The notes: generated by a model not told the origin, from the letters alone. Positions 52,918 through 62,632 are shown, numbered from the stretch's first letter. The stretch: DNA of 64,000 bases from an uncultured Actinomycetota bacterium (GCA_963819285.1 CAWFVM010000001.1:439182-503181); one strand, 5' to 3'. Made by a program: numbers and translations.

Positions 52918-54540
52918 ATGACGGCAATTGATCTCAAGGACGTACGCGAGCCGGGTCCCGCGCACCGGTCGGCCCGCTCTGGCCGCGGCCGGAGCGTTCG
53001 CACGGCTCGCACGGCCTGGCTGGTCAGGGCGGCGGTCGCGGCCGGGGTGCTGTCTCTGTTCTTCGCCTATCTCGGGCAGGCGCGCACGATGCAGACCATG
53101 TCCGACGGTGCCTCGCAGGCGCTGCAGGCGTGGTCGATGCTGCACGGGAACGTGCTGCTGCACGGCTGGTCCCTGTCCGACGTGTCGTTCTACACCACGG
53201 AACTGCCCGAGTACCTGCTGATCGAGCTGGTCAGGGGGCTGAATCCGGACATCGTGCACGTGGCGGCCGCAGTGACCTACACCCTGCTCGTGGTGCTTGC
53301 TGGCGTGCTAGCCAAGGGCACGGCGACGGGGCGCGAGGCCGTGCTGCGGACGCTGGTGGCCTGCGGGATCATGCTGGCGCCGGCGCTCGGCTCGCTCAAC
53401 ACGACGTTCGTGGTGCTCGCGTATCCCGATCACACCGGGACGCAGGTGCCGCTGCTGGCGACCTGGCTGCTGCTTGACCGGGTCAGGCCGCGCTGGTGGG
53501 TGCCGATCGCGGTCACCGTCTCGCTGGCCTGGGTCCAGGTCGCCGACACGATGGCGCTGTATGAGGCCGCGCTGCCGCTCGCCGCCGTCTGCGTGATCCG
53601 GATCTACCGGCGGCACGGGTCGCTCCGGGAGAGCTGGTACGAGCTGACTCTCGGGACCGGGGCGCTGGTCTCGGCTGGCCTCGCGACGGTGGCACTGCGG
53701 CTGGTCAGGGCCGCCGGAGGTTTCGCTGTGCGCACGCCGTCGGCCGGATTCGCCAGGGCTTCGGGTCTCGACTCGCACCTGTGGACCAAGATCGAGCACA
53801 TCCTGGTGCTGTTCGGCGCTGACTTCTTCGGGCGGTCGCTCACGTACTCGATCGCGCCGCTCATTCACCTGGCCGGGGTCGGGCTCGCGGCGGGCGGTGC
53901 GGCGGTCGGGGTGCGGCGGTTCTTCCGCGAGGACGAGCTGGTGCCGCAGATCCTGACCGCCTCGCTGGTGCTGGTGCTGGTCGCCTTCATGTTCGGGATC
54001 AGGCTCGGGGCCTGGGAGGCGGTGGCACTGCTGCCGCTGAGCGCGATCCTGGCCGGGCGGCTGCTGACCGGCTGGCTGAGCAAGGTCAGGCTGATCCCGG
54101 CGCTGACGGCCGTGCTCGCCTGCTACTGCCTGCTCCTGGCCCATGACGCGACGAGGCCGGCCCCGTTCAGCCCGAACCAGCGGGCCGCCGCCTGGCTGGC
54201 CGCCCACCACCTGCGCTACGGGCTCGCGTCGTACTGGGAGGCCAGCAGCGTGACGCTGGACAGCGGCGGCTATGTCCGGGTCCGCCCGATCAGGACGCTG
54301 CATGGTGAGATACTGCTCACGCACTGGAATGCCGTGGACTCCTGGTATGACCCCGCGCTCCATGACGCCCGGTTCGTGATCTTCAGGCGCTGCCAGGGAT
54401 GCCTGTCGATGGCTGGCCTTCGTACCGCATTCGGGCGTCCGGCGCATGTGTACCGGGTCGTCAATTATCTGGTGCTGGTCTGGAACAAGAACCTGCTGCG
54501 CGGCCCGTTCATCTCAGGACCGGCAGTGAGCTGGGACATC
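52918..54540 (+). CDS. polytopic membrane protein, GT-C/ArnT-like glycosyltransferase fold (putative); stop codon not seen
   Basis: About 12 hydrophobic helices plus a C-terminal soluble domain (..YWEASSVTLDSGGYVRVRPIR..VLVWNKNLL). The track ORF continues to 54909, but a perfect hairpin and a new ATG at 54586 argue for two genes. The end coordinate is approximate. Confidence 0.5.
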
Positions 54541-54542
54541 CT

Positions 54543-54584
54543 GGCAGTGCGGTCAGCGGACAGGAGTCCGCTGACCGCACTGCC
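54543..54584 (+). terminator. perfect 19-bp stem / 4-nt loop hairpin inside track ORF 52918..54909
   Basis: GGCAGTGCGGTCAGCGGAC-AGGA-GTCCGCTGACCGCACTGCC, followed one nucleotide later by ATG 54586. Confidence 0.55.
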
Positions 54585-54585
54585 G

Positions 54586-54909
54586 ATGCTAGCGAATACA
54601 GCGGGCGGACGGAGGGGCGGACGGGTGGCGAGATCTGAGGAGGCGGTGTTCCAGGCCTTTGTCAAGGAAGGCCGGATCACCACGATGCCAGCCAGGCGAT
54701 CGAAACGGCTCGTGCTGCTCGATCATGTGGCGCGGGATTTCGAGATTGGCGTGCACTACAGCGAGCAGGACGTGAACGCGATCCTGCGCGGCCGGTTCGA
54801 CGACTACGTGGCACTGCGCCGGTACCTGGTGGATGAGGGCTTTCTCGACCGGGCCGACGGTGAGTACTGGCGCAGCGGCGGGACGGTGGAGATCGACGAC
54901 GCTAGTTAG
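54586..54909 (+). CDS. DUF2087 domain protein
   Basis: FVKEGRITTMPARRSKRLVLLDHVARDFEIGVHYSEQDVNAILRGRFDDYVALRRYLVDEGFLDR is the DUF2087 pattern. The 107-aa size is typical of stand-alone members. Confidence 0.7.
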   Translation: MLANTAGGRRGGRVARSEEAVFQAFVKEGRITTMPARRSKRLVLLDHVARDFEIGVHYSEQDVNAILRGRFDDYVALRRYLVDEGFLDRADGEYWRSGGTVEIDDAS

Positions 54910-54916
54910 TGCCTGG

Positions 54917-55772
54917 TCAGGACCCGGGCGCGCCGAGGTCCCAGAGCAGGCGGTAGTACCTGGTCCGGTCGTGATCGGGCTCGATGCCGTAGGCGTCAAG
55001 CAGCAGGCCCTCCCAGCCCTGGCCGTAGTTCCACTGGGTGCTCCAGGTGGCGATCGCGAGGTCGGCCCACCGGTCGCCCCGGCCGAGCGCGCCGAGGTCG
55101 ACGTGGCCCGACCAGCGGCCGTCATCGGTCAGCAGAGTGTTGGGCGCGCAGGCGTCACCGTGGCAGACCACTAGCTTGTCGTCAGGCGGTATCTCGGCGA
55201 CCAGTTCGAGTGCGTTCTCGATGGTGAGGTGCTGGTGGCTCTCGTGCCAGTGCCTTTTGCTGGACGGCTGGCCGGCCTGCGCGGCTCGGGCGGCGCTGTC
55301 GACCCTCTCCCGCGCGGTCCAGGAGAACGGGCAGGAGCGCCGGCAGCGCTTCATGCATGGATCGCAGGCCTTCGCCGATCGCGCGGACGGCGGTGCCTGG
55401 CTCAGCCTTCCACCTGTCATCGACGGCATTGCGGCCGGGCAGCGGGGCGGTCACGATCCAGCTTCCCGTCTCGTCGGCGCCGCTGTCGATCAGCCTCGGC
55501 ACGGGGGTGAAGGTCCTGGCCCAGGTCATCCGCTCGGCTTCGCCGGCCAGGTCGAGGCTGCTGATGACCGGGGACCATTTCGCGAAACAGCGATTCTCGC
55601 CGGCGCCGATCTCATAGGTCAGGGCGTCCTCGTTCGCCCAGACGACGCGGAGCTCGCGGCCAGCCGCGATCTCAATGACCGGCGCCGGCACTGGCGGGTG
55701 GCTCGCCTGGGCCTGGTCCTGCTGGTCCGCCTGGTCCTGCTGGTCCTGCGTGCCAAGCTCGCTAGTCCGCAC
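54917..55772 (-). pseudogene. APH(3')-like aminoglycoside phosphotransferase, one +1 shift
   Basis: The N-terminal half is in ORF 55182..55772 (..YEIGAGENRCFAKW..RMTWAR..). The C-terminal half is in ORF 54917..55429 (CPFSW...VVCHGDACAPNTLL...HVDLGALGRGDRWADLA). The join is near 55340. An N-terminal QDQ repeat arises from 9-bp tandem units. Confidence 0.75.
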
Positions 55773-56036
55773 CAGATCAGATTACGTACGTCGATCGCCA
55801 GGTTTCAGCCGGCTGGGTGCCTGAGTACCCCGGCAACCTTCCGTGATCAAGAAACCGACCTTGATCACGGAACCTGAGTCGCGTGATCACCCCATCAGCG
55901 TTCCGTGATCAAGACCCCAATCATGATCACGGAACATTGGCGGGGCACCGCCGCTACCCCGGACCCCGTCAGCACCGTTCCCCGCGTGATCATGGAACGT
56001 GGCTCTGGCGCGAATTCCGTGATCGGGCGGCCTCGC

Positions 56037-56101
56037 GGACCTGGCGGAGCCACCGCCCGGACCTGGCGGAGCCACCGCCCGGACCTGGCGGAGCCACCGC
56101 C
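56037..56101. repeat. 22-bp tandem repeat x3 inside locus F (single copy in locus B)
   Basis: GGACCTGGCGGAGCCACCGCCC is repeated at 56037, 56059 and 56081. The last copy lacks one C. Confidence 0.9.
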
Positions 56102-56164
56102 GGACCGGGCTGGTCCCTGGTGACTCAGCTTTCACATCTGGCTCACCCGCTGCCAGGCTCGCCT

Positions 56165-56249
56165 GATCCTGTAGGAGACTTTTTCCTGTAGGAGACTTAA
56201 CAGCGAATATGGTGGTCAATCCTCCTACAGGAAAAAAGTCTCCTAGATC
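56165..56249. repeat. 85-bp AT-rich palindromic core, second copy
   Basis: The sequence is GATCCTGTAGGAGAC-T5-CCTGTAGGAGAC-ttaacagcgaatatggtggtcaat-CCTCCTACAGG-A6-GTCTCCTAGATC. It is about 97% identical to the reverse complement of 7685-7769. Confidence 0.9.
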
Positions 56250-56521
56250 TTTAAGCCACCGCCCCGGCGTAAACCCCGCAAGCCGCCCAGAACCCGCAAG
56301 TCCGGCCCGGCCCCTCACCCCATCGAAGCCCGGTCCGGTGATCACCCTGCCGACGTTCCGGACCGTCATCCTCCGCCCAGGCAGGTCAGCCGCCGAAACC
56401 CCGGAACGGCTGATACCCGGCAGTCCCGCCACACGGCGACGGGCTGTACCACCGCCGGGAACCGGACTGTCGCCGGGCCCAAGCCCCGCCGCAGCCCTCA
56501 AGAAACCTGGAATTCACGTGA

Positions 56522-57169
56522 CTAACCGTCGGGCGCTGATCCTGATCTTCTCGGCTGGGTACTCGCCTGGCCGGGGTGGCCTGGTGCGGACAAGCTCGGG
56601 GACAGGCCGGCGGCTCGCAGGGCTTCGGCCAGTTCATCGGGTGAATACCGGCTCAGCACCAGTTGACCTGCGGGCCGGTCCAGCCGCTCTTCGCCTGACC
56701 CGCCGTGGGTGATGATCACTAGTGTCCCGCCGGGGCGCAATACCGCTGCGATGCTGGTCAGGGCCGCGCCGAGTCTTGCTTTCGGCAGATGATGCAGTGA
56801 GTAGGAGGCGATCGCGGCCCCGCAGGTCGAGTCCCGCAGCGGCAGCGCGAGCAGATCCGCGGCGATCAGCCGCGCGGCGGGGACCTGTCTGGCCGCCACA
56901 GCCAGCATCGCCGGGGCGAAGTCGATCCCGATCATCGATCGGCCTCTGGCCGCCAGGTACTGGCTGATCTGGGCCGGCCCGCAGCCAAGATCGAGCACGG
57001 GGCCAGCGGGGAAGCCGCTCAGGACCTGGTCTAGGAAATCAGTGTCCGGGTCGGCCTCGTCAGCATCGGCGAGCTCGGAGCCGAAGCGGACAGCGTAGTC
57101 GGCGGCCAGGTCATCGTAGGTACGCCGCACGGAGTCCGGATCATAGCCGTCATGATCGATGTCGCGCAC
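56522..57169 (-). CDS. class I SAM-dependent methyltransferase
   Basis: VLDLGCGPAQISQYLAARGRSMIGIDFAPAML is motif I; LRPGGTLVIITHG is also present. Confidence 0.8.
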   Translation of the reverse strand: MRDIDHDGYDPDSVRRTYDDLAADYAVRFGSELADADEADPDTDFLDQVLSGFPAGPVLDLGCGPAQISQYLAARGRSMIGIDFAPAMLAVAARQVPAARLIAADLLALPLRDSTCGAAIASYSLHHLPKARLGAALTSIAAVLRPGGTLVIITHGGSGEERLDRPAGQLVLSRYSPDELAEALRAAGLSPSLSAPGHPGQASTQPRRSGSAPDG

Positions 57170-57219
57170 TGTGACCGTTCCTGTTCGCTGAATGAACGCG
57201 GCAGCACTAGCATCAATCC

Positions 57220-57654
57220 ATGAGATATCGGCACCGTCTGGCCGCTGGGGTCATTATCGCCCTCTGCGGACTAGCGATCGCCGCTGGCACCGAGCTCACC
57301 TGGATCAATGTCGGCCACGGTCACCCCTCGGCCGGGATCAAGCACACCGCGCTCAAGAGCGTGCTGAACTGGTCTTACCAGAGCACCGGCCCCTTCCTGC
57401 GCACCTTCGGATTCGCGGTGGTCATCATCGGCGCCATCGTATTTCTCGGCGGGCTTGCCGGGTCGAGGCTGGTAGCGGGCTCCTTCGCGCTGCTGGCCCT
57501 AGTCGCCGGAGGACTCTGGCTCGGCCTGTACGTGAGCCGCTTTAACACAACGAACTTGCCGGTATCAGACCTGCGGCCCGGTGCCTGGCTCACGCTCGGG
57601 GGCGGCGTGCTCGCGCTGATCGCCGTGGAGTTCCTGCACAGGCGCGAATACTGA
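57220..57654 (+). CDS. hypothetical four-TM membrane protein
   Basis: 144 aa with four hydrophobic segments. No family recognised. Confidence 0.55.
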   Translation: MRYRHRLAAGVIIALCGLAIAAGTELTWINVGHGHPSAGIKHTALKSVLNWSYQSTGPFLRTFGFAVVIIGAIVFLGGLAGSRLVAGSFALLALVAGGLWLGLYVSRFNTTNLPVSDLRPGAWLTLGGGVLALIAVEFLHRREY

Positions 57655-57687
57655 GCCAGGCAGGACTGGCTGGCCTGACCGGATGAG

Positions 57688-58089
57688 GTGCGTGTGACAA
57701 TGGCGGAACGTCCGAGGATGGAGATCTCGGGAATCGTCTTCGGTGCTCCCGATGCCCGGGTACTGGCCGACTTCTACCGAAGGCTGCTCGGCTGGCAGCT
57801 CGGGACGGACGAGCCCGGCTGGGTCACCCTGCGGCCGCCGCAGGGAGGTCGCGGCCTGTCGTTCCAGACCGAGGAGGGGCATGTGCCTCCGATCTGGCCG
57901 TCTGGCCCCGGCGACCAGCAGATGATGGTGCACCTGGATATCGAGGTCGACGACCTGGAGACCGGCGGTGCGCACGCGATCGCCGCCGGAGCGGTGCTCG
58001 CCGAGTTCCAGCCGCAAGAGTACGTGCGGGTCTATCTAGATCCAGCCGGCCACCCCTTCTGCCTCTGGATCAACCCGCCGTCCGAGTGA
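57688..58089 (+). CDS. VOC/glyoxalase family protein
   Basis: FGAPDARVLADFYRRLLGW...HLDIEVDDLE...LDPAGHPFCL. Confidence 0.8.
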   Translation: MRVTMAERPRMEISGIVFGAPDARVLADFYRRLLGWQLGTDEPGWVTLRPPQGGRGLSFQTEEGHVPPIWPSGPGDQQMMVHLDIEVDDLETGGAHAIAAGAVLAEFQPQEYVRVYLDPAGHPFCLWINPPSE

Positions 58090-59202
58090 CCGCCGCCATT
58101 CCGCGCGGGGTGCCCGAATTGGCGACCAGCCTCGCGCCGCAGCGTCCGGCCCTCTTCCGGCCTCGCGCCGCAGCGTCCGGCCCTCTTCCGGCCCCGCGCC
58201 GTTTCCGTGATCAGGCCGAGGTCCATGATCACGGAAACTGGCTGGGGGGCCATTGTTTCGGTGTCGCGTGGTCTGGCCGAAAGCATGCGTCGATGGTGGC
58301 GTGATGACCGTGAGCAGGCCAGCGACCAGGAGGACGGCCGCGAGCATCGCGCACTCCAGCCTGGTCGCTCGGGCCGGACCCGCCGGCCGGGCCGGACCTG
58401 CCAGACGCGCCGGACGCGGACGCGCTCCCAGTCCTGCTCGCCGGCTCATTGCCGCGCGCCCCGCGATCGCCAGCCCGGCGACCACGGCGACCAGCGCCGA
58501 CTTGCCGACGAGGAACAGGCCATAGTCGGTTGTCAGCAGCGAGCCGACTGGCACCAGGAGCAGCGCGGACAGCAACCCGGTGACGACGACCGCGCCGAAC
58601 AGCCAGGCAGCGGTATTTCCGTACAGCCCGATCAGCCCCTGCACGGCGTCGGAGTCGGCCCGCCAGGCGATCGCCGTGCGCAGCACATACAGGAGCAGGC
58701 CGGCCCAGAGCACGGCCGGGAGCAGATGACAGATCGTGAGCAGCGCGCCGGCTAGCGGCAGGAGGCCCTCCGGGTGGGCGCGAAGTGCCTCGGCCAGCAC
58801 CACCCCGAGCAGCGGCTGAGTGCCGGGACCCGGTTTGCCCAGGCCAAGCAGCACCGCAGCGACGGCGAAGCACGCGAGCTCGACGACGGCGAACGCCAGC
58901 GTGGCGCCCGCTCTCGGCCCGAGTACATACGGGTGCGCAAGGCCGCTCGCCAGGCTCGGGTCGGCCAGCGCGGTCGCGATCAGCGCTGCCGATGCCCCCA
59001 GGCCGAGCAGACAGCCAGGTATCGCCCACGGCTCGGGCAGCGGGGCGGGCCTGGCTCCCTTGTAGTTCCTGGCCAGACCCCGCCCGGCGAGCCCGCCGAG
59101 CGCGATCGCCAGCCCGGTGAGCAGCAAGCCCCGCTCCAGCCCGGTCAGCCAGAGCCCGGGCGCGGACAGCGGCACAGCCGACATCGATGACATCACCGGC
59201 AT
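58036..59202 (-). CDS. polytopic membrane protein, CopD-like (putative); 3' end runs into repeat locus E
   Basis: Start moved to ATG 59202 (MPVMSSMSAVPL...). About 8 helices. After ...LLTVITPPS (about 58290) the frame continues through the H1 hairpin and the 31-bp duplication (..ASFRDHGPRPDHG..), so the native C-terminus is unclear. Confidence 0.45.
   Translation of the reverse strand: MPVMSSMSAVPLSAPGLWLTGLERGLLLTGLAIALGGLAGRGLARNYKGARPAPLPEPWAIPGCLLGLGASAALIATALADPSLASGLAHPYVLGPRAGATLAFAVVELACFAVAAVLLGLGKPGPGTQPLLGVVLAEALRAHPEGLLPLAGALLTICHLLPAVLWAGLLLYVLRTAIAWRADSDAVQGLIGLYGNTAAWLFGAVVVTGLLSALLLVPVGSLLTTDYGLFLVGKSALVAVVAGLAIAGRAAMSRRAGLGARPRPARLAGPARPAGPARATRLECAMLAAVLLVAGLLTVITPPSTHAFGQTTRHRNNGPPASFRDHGPRPDHGNGAGPEEGRTLRREAGRGPDAAARGWSPIRAPRAEWRRSLGRRVDPEAEGVAGWI
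58130..58236. repeat. repeat locus E: 31-bp tandem duplication plus one H1 hairpin
   Basis: CCTCGCGCCGCAGCGTCCGGCCCTCTTCCGG occurs twice (58130-58160 and 58161-58191). H1 TTCCGTGATCA-GGCCGAGGTCCA-TGATCACGGAA lies at 58203-58236. Confidence 0.85.
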
Positions 59203-59284
59203 GAGGGTAGCCGCCAAGCCTGGCCTGGCGGCCTGATGCCTGCCGATAGGCGTGACCGTCACACGGTGTGGTTGTGTTGGCAAG

Positions 59285-60004
59285 ATGCATAACGAAAACC
59301 TGCGGGCCAGGCTGCACGGCGACGACACTCTCTACGGCGGCTGGTCACTGATCCCCGATCCGCTGAGCGTCGCCGCGATGGCCGCGGCCGGCCTGGACTA
59401 CGTCGTGATCGACCTGCAGCACGGCGGCGCGACCGAGCACGACCTGCCCGCCCTGACGAACGCGATCGCGCTGGCCGGCGCCGTGCCCGTGGCGCGGGTC
59501 AGGCATGCGCATCCCGCCGATATCGGCCGGGCGCTCGACCTCGGCTGCGCCGGAGTGATCGTGCCGAACGTGGAGTCCGCCGCGCAAGCGAAGACGGCAG
59601 CCGGCGCCTGCCACTACCCACCGGCTGGGTACCGGTCCGGCGGTGGTGTCCTGGCCAGCCCGAGCGTTCCATTTTGCATAATCATGGTGGAATCGGCCGC
59701 GGCCATGACCGAACTCGCGACGACCCTCACGCTGGACGGGGTTGATGGCATTTACGTCGGGCCGAGAGACCTGTCGTACTCACTTGGCTGCGAGCCGAGC
59801 CCGGATGATCCGGTGCTTGGTCCGGCGCTTGAGCAGATCCGGGCGCAGTGCGCTGCCGCTGGGAAGCCGGTCGGCGTGCACTCTCTCGATGGCGTGACCG
59901 CCAGGCGCTATCGCGAAAACGGCTGCCGGCTGATAAATGTCGCATCAGATCTCACGGCTATCGCCCGCAGTCTGGCCGGCGAGCTCGCTGCGGCGCGTCC
60001 ATAG
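59285..60004 (+). CDS. HpcH/HpaI family aldolase
   Basis: Start moved to ATG 59285. DYVVIDLQHG...ARVRH...ALDLGCAGVIVPNVESAAQA...YPPAGYRS...GVDGIYVGPRDLS. Confidence 0.8.
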   Translation: MHNENLRARLHGDDTLYGGWSLIPDPLSVAAMAAAGLDYVVIDLQHGGATEHDLPALTNAIALAGAVPVARVRHAHPADIGRALDLGCAGVIVPNVESAAQAKTAAGACHYPPAGYRSGGGVLASPSVPFCIIMVESAAAMTELATTLTLDGVDGIYVGPRDLSYSLGCEPSPDDPVLGPALEQIRAQCAAAGKPVGVHSLDGVTARRYRENGCRLINVASDLTAIARSLAGELAAARP

Positions 60005-60048
60005 CTGATTCGCTTGCTCGCTGAGCATAATGAGGCCCGTTGTGACTG

Positions 60049-61503
60049 GTGCTGATCACGGGGGGCTGCGAATTGAGATACTGGAGCAAGTTCGGTCATG
60101 CCGGGGTGGTAATGGCCGCTGCCGCGATGGCAGTTATTGTCCTGACAGCGGCAGATCCGGCGCTGGCCGCTATTCCAGGAAACTGGCCTGGTTACCTCGG
60201 CGGACCACTGCATACCTCGTACAATCCCGCGGAGAAACTCATCACTCCGGCGGACGCGCACCAGCTGATCCGAGACTGGCGTTTTGTGGGCACCGGGCCC
60301 ACGCTGCACGGACAGCCGGAGCCAGGATTTCAGGCGAGTCCCACCGTATACGGCAACGCGGTCTACATCGGCTCGGAGACCGGCTGGTTCTATAAGCTCA
60401 GCGCGCTTACCGGAGCGGTCCTGGCTAAACGCTTTATCGGCTTCATTCCCGGCCGTGAGTGCGGAGCGGCAGGAGCGGGATTCATCGCGACCGCGACGGT
60501 GGCCATAGATCCGTCAGACCAGCAGGCGATGGTCTATGTAGCCGGGGCCAATGAGGTCTTGTACGCGATGCGCGCGTCGGATCTGTCGGTGAAATGGCGG
60601 CAGCAGATCGTCGTTCCTTCGAAGGTGACGAGCAACTATTATCAATGGTCATCTCCGACGGTAGCCGACAGTCGTGTCTATATCGGCATATCGTCGCACT
60701 GCGATAAGCCGATGGTTCGCGGCGGCCTGGTCGGCTACAACCAGGTGACCGGCAGGCAGGTCGGCCGGTTCTATTCCCTCCCGCCGGGCCAGCTTGGCGG
60801 ATCGGTCTGGTCGAGCGCGGCGGTTGGCAGTGCGGGCGAGGTGTATATCTCGACCGGCAACCCGGAGCCCGGTATCGGCGAGCCCGGCTTCACCGACGCG
60901 GTGGTGCGGCTATCGCCGACCTTGCGGCCGCTGGCGGCGTTCCACGTCCCGGCCAGTCAGGTGGTCACCGACGGCGATTTCGGCGCCTCGCCTGCACTGT
61001 TCGGCAAGTACGTCGCCACCTGCAATAAGAACGGCGTCCTTTACCTGCTCAACCGTTCAACCCTCAGGCTCGTCTGGTGGCGGCGGATCGGGGCGGCGTT
61101 CGGCAAGAGCATCGGGATCGGCCGGTGCATCTCGGCGACCGCCTACGACGGCAAGCGACTCTACATCGGTGCTGACCAGGTCCGGATCGACGGGAAGGTC
61201 TACCGGGGGTCGATCACCGCGCTGGATCCCGCCACCGGCAGGCGATTGTGGATCCGGGGCCTGCCCAACAGCGTGCTCGGCACGCCGAGCCTGGATGGCG
61301 CCGGCGTCATCGCAGTCGGCACCTATGACACCTCCAGCCGGCCGAACGCGGTCTATCTCGTCAACGCGGCAACCGGCGCGATCGACTGGACGTTGCCTAC
61401 CGGCGGCTTCGATTTCGCACAGAGCGTGTTTGCCGACGGGCACCTGTTTACCGCGAACGACAATGGCGTGTATGCCTGGGGTCTGCCCAGGTCAACCTCA
61501 TAG
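60049..61503 (+). CDS. secreted PQQ-like beta-propeller repeat protein
   Basis: Signal-like MAAAAMAVIVLTAADPALA. Repeated motifs SPTVYGNAVYIGSETGWFYKL, VYVAGANEVLYAM and SSPTVADSRVYIG. Confidence 0.75.
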   Translation: MLITGGCELRYWSKFGHAGVVMAAAAMAVIVLTAADPALAAIPGNWPGYLGGPLHTSYNPAEKLITPADAHQLIRDWRFVGTGPTLHGQPEPGFQASPTVYGNAVYIGSETGWFYKLSALTGAVLAKRFIGFIPGRECGAAGAGFIATATVAIDPSDQQAMVYVAGANEVLYAMRASDLSVKWRQQIVVPSKVTSNYYQWSSPTVADSRVYIGISSHCDKPMVRGGLVGYNQVTGRQVGRFYSLPPGQLGGSVWSSAAVGSAGEVYISTGNPEPGIGEPGFTDAVVRLSPTLRPLAAFHVPASQVVTDGDFGASPALFGKYVATCNKNGVLYLLNRSTLRLVWWRRIGAAFGKSIGIGRCISATAYDGKRLYIGADQVRIDGKVYRGSITALDPATGRRLWIRGLPNSVLGTPSLDGAGVIAVGTYDTSSRPNAVYLVNAATGAIDWTLPTGGFDFAQSVFADGHLFTANDNGVYAWGLPRSTS

Positions 61504-61542
61504 CTCCGCCCGAGCCGCTCCTCACTCCGCCCGAGCCGCCTC

Positions 61543-61588
61543 GATGTGATACCGGTGTTGCTGGGACTGCATCTGTGTCACATTGATG
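61543..61588. repeat. H3 hairpin module, partly decayed copy
   Basis: GATGTGATACCG-GTGTTGCTGGGACTGCAT-CTGTGTCACATTGATG. The loop is nearly identical to that of the copy at 717-758. Confidence 0.6.
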
Positions 61589-61732
61589 CGGCTCTGGAAA
61601 GGGGCGGCACCGGGCTTTTTCCGCTTCTTGGGTGGCTGGGAGCTAGGCTAAGGCGATGGCGTGGCCTGGGCTTGCGGTTTTTCTCCAGTTCCGGAGTTCC
61701 TCTCAGGTCACGGACGTGGAGGTGGCACAGCC

Positions 61733-62602
61733 ATGGGGCTGATGGACAAGGTGAAGGCGCAGGCGAACTCGCTCGCGCAGCAGGCCAACGCGGGCATGGC
61801 CAAGATCGACAACCTGCCGGCCCAGCGGAAGGCCGACGCGATGCTGCGCAGCCTCGGCGTAGCGGTGCTGGCCCAGCGCACCGGCCGCGCCGCTCCCAGT
61901 ATCGACAGCGAGATCGACCGGCTGGTCACCGAGCTCACCCAGCACGAGTCGCAGAACAGCGTCGACATCGTGCAGCAGGCGACCCAGGCAGCAGCGCAGG
62001 CGCAGCAGGCCCAGGCCCAGATGGGTCCTGGTTCCTTCCTGTCGAGCACCCCGCCGCCAGCTGACCCGAACGTACCTGGTGCCATGCCCGGCGCGCCGGT
62101 GGGCACCCAGCCCGGCTTCGGTCCGGGGCCCAGCTTCGGTCCAGGGCCGAGTTTTGGTCCGGGGCCGGACTTCGGCGGGCCGACGGCGCCAGCGGGTCCC
62201 GGCGGGCCAGCGGCGCCTGGCGGGTTCCCCGGTGCTGGTCAGCCCGGCCCGCAGGCGTTTCCGCCGGCTGGTGGTCCGCAGGGGTTCCCGCCGGCTGGTG
62301 GTCCGCAGGCGTTCCCGCCGGCTGGTGGTCCGCAGGCGTTTCCGCCGGCTGGTGGTCCGGCGGGGTTTCCCGAGGCTGTGCCCGTGACGGCGTTCCCGCC
62401 TGCGGCTCCGGCTGACGGCTTCCCCGCTTCCGGTGTCCCGGCCTCTGGTGGCCCTGCCGCCGGCTTCCCTGCCTCCGGCTTCCCCGCTTCTGATTTCCCC
62501 GGGGCCGGGCCGAGCCAGGAGCCGGCGACCGATCCAGAGCAGGACCAGCCCGGCTTTGGCGGCCAGAGTGGTCCGACCGCGTTCCCGCCAGCCTCCGGCT
62601 GA
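61733..62602 (+). CDS. Pro/Gly-rich protein with helical N-terminal domain and 30-bp repeats
   Basis: Start moved to ATG 61733 (MGLMDKVKAQANSLAQQANAGMAKIDNLPAQRKADAMLRSLG). GGPQAFPPAG x4 is encoded by 30-bp tandem units at about 62250-62370. Confidence 0.6.
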   Translation: MGLMDKVKAQANSLAQQANAGMAKIDNLPAQRKADAMLRSLGVAVLAQRTGRAAPSIDSEIDRLVTELTQHESQNSVDIVQQATQAAAQAQQAQAQMGPGSFLSSTPPPADPNVPGAMPGAPVGTQPGFGPGPSFGPGPSFGPGPDFGGPTAPAGPGGPAAPGGFPGAGQPGPQAFPPAGGPQGFPPAGGPQAFPPAGGPQAFPPAGGPAGFPEAVPVTAFPPAAPADGFPASGVPASGGPAAGFPASGFPASDFPGAGPSQEPATDPEQDQPGFGGQSGPTAFPPASG

Positions 62603-62632
62603 TTGCGGTAAGTCTCACCACCGCCGCTCATG

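Larger units (their letters stand above)
55830..56400. repeat. composite mosaic repeat, locus F (inverted copy of 7540-8030)
   Basis: H1 hairpins at 55839-55872 and 55901-55934 with the linker GTGATCACCCC. Then CATTGGCGGGG, the GATCATGGAA..TTCCGTGATC module, the 22-bp unit x3, the 85-bp core and a GC-rich arm. All are co-linear with the reverse complement of locus B. Confidence 0.85.

Noticed and set aside
53308-54447. ORF 53308..54447(-) 379 aa
   Set aside because: It is antisense to the polytopic membrane protein gene. Its extremely Arg/Pro/Glu-rich composition has no hydrophobic core.
58229-59317. ORF 58229..59317(-) 362 aa
   Set aside because: It is an alternative frame of the CopD-like gene, about 25% Arg and Ala-rich. 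The other frame gives regular transmembrane helices.
61935-62631. ORFs 61935..62621(-) and 62239..62631(-)
   Set aside because: They are antisense readings of the Pro/Gly-rich repeat gene, and their periodicity just mirrors the 30-bp repeats.
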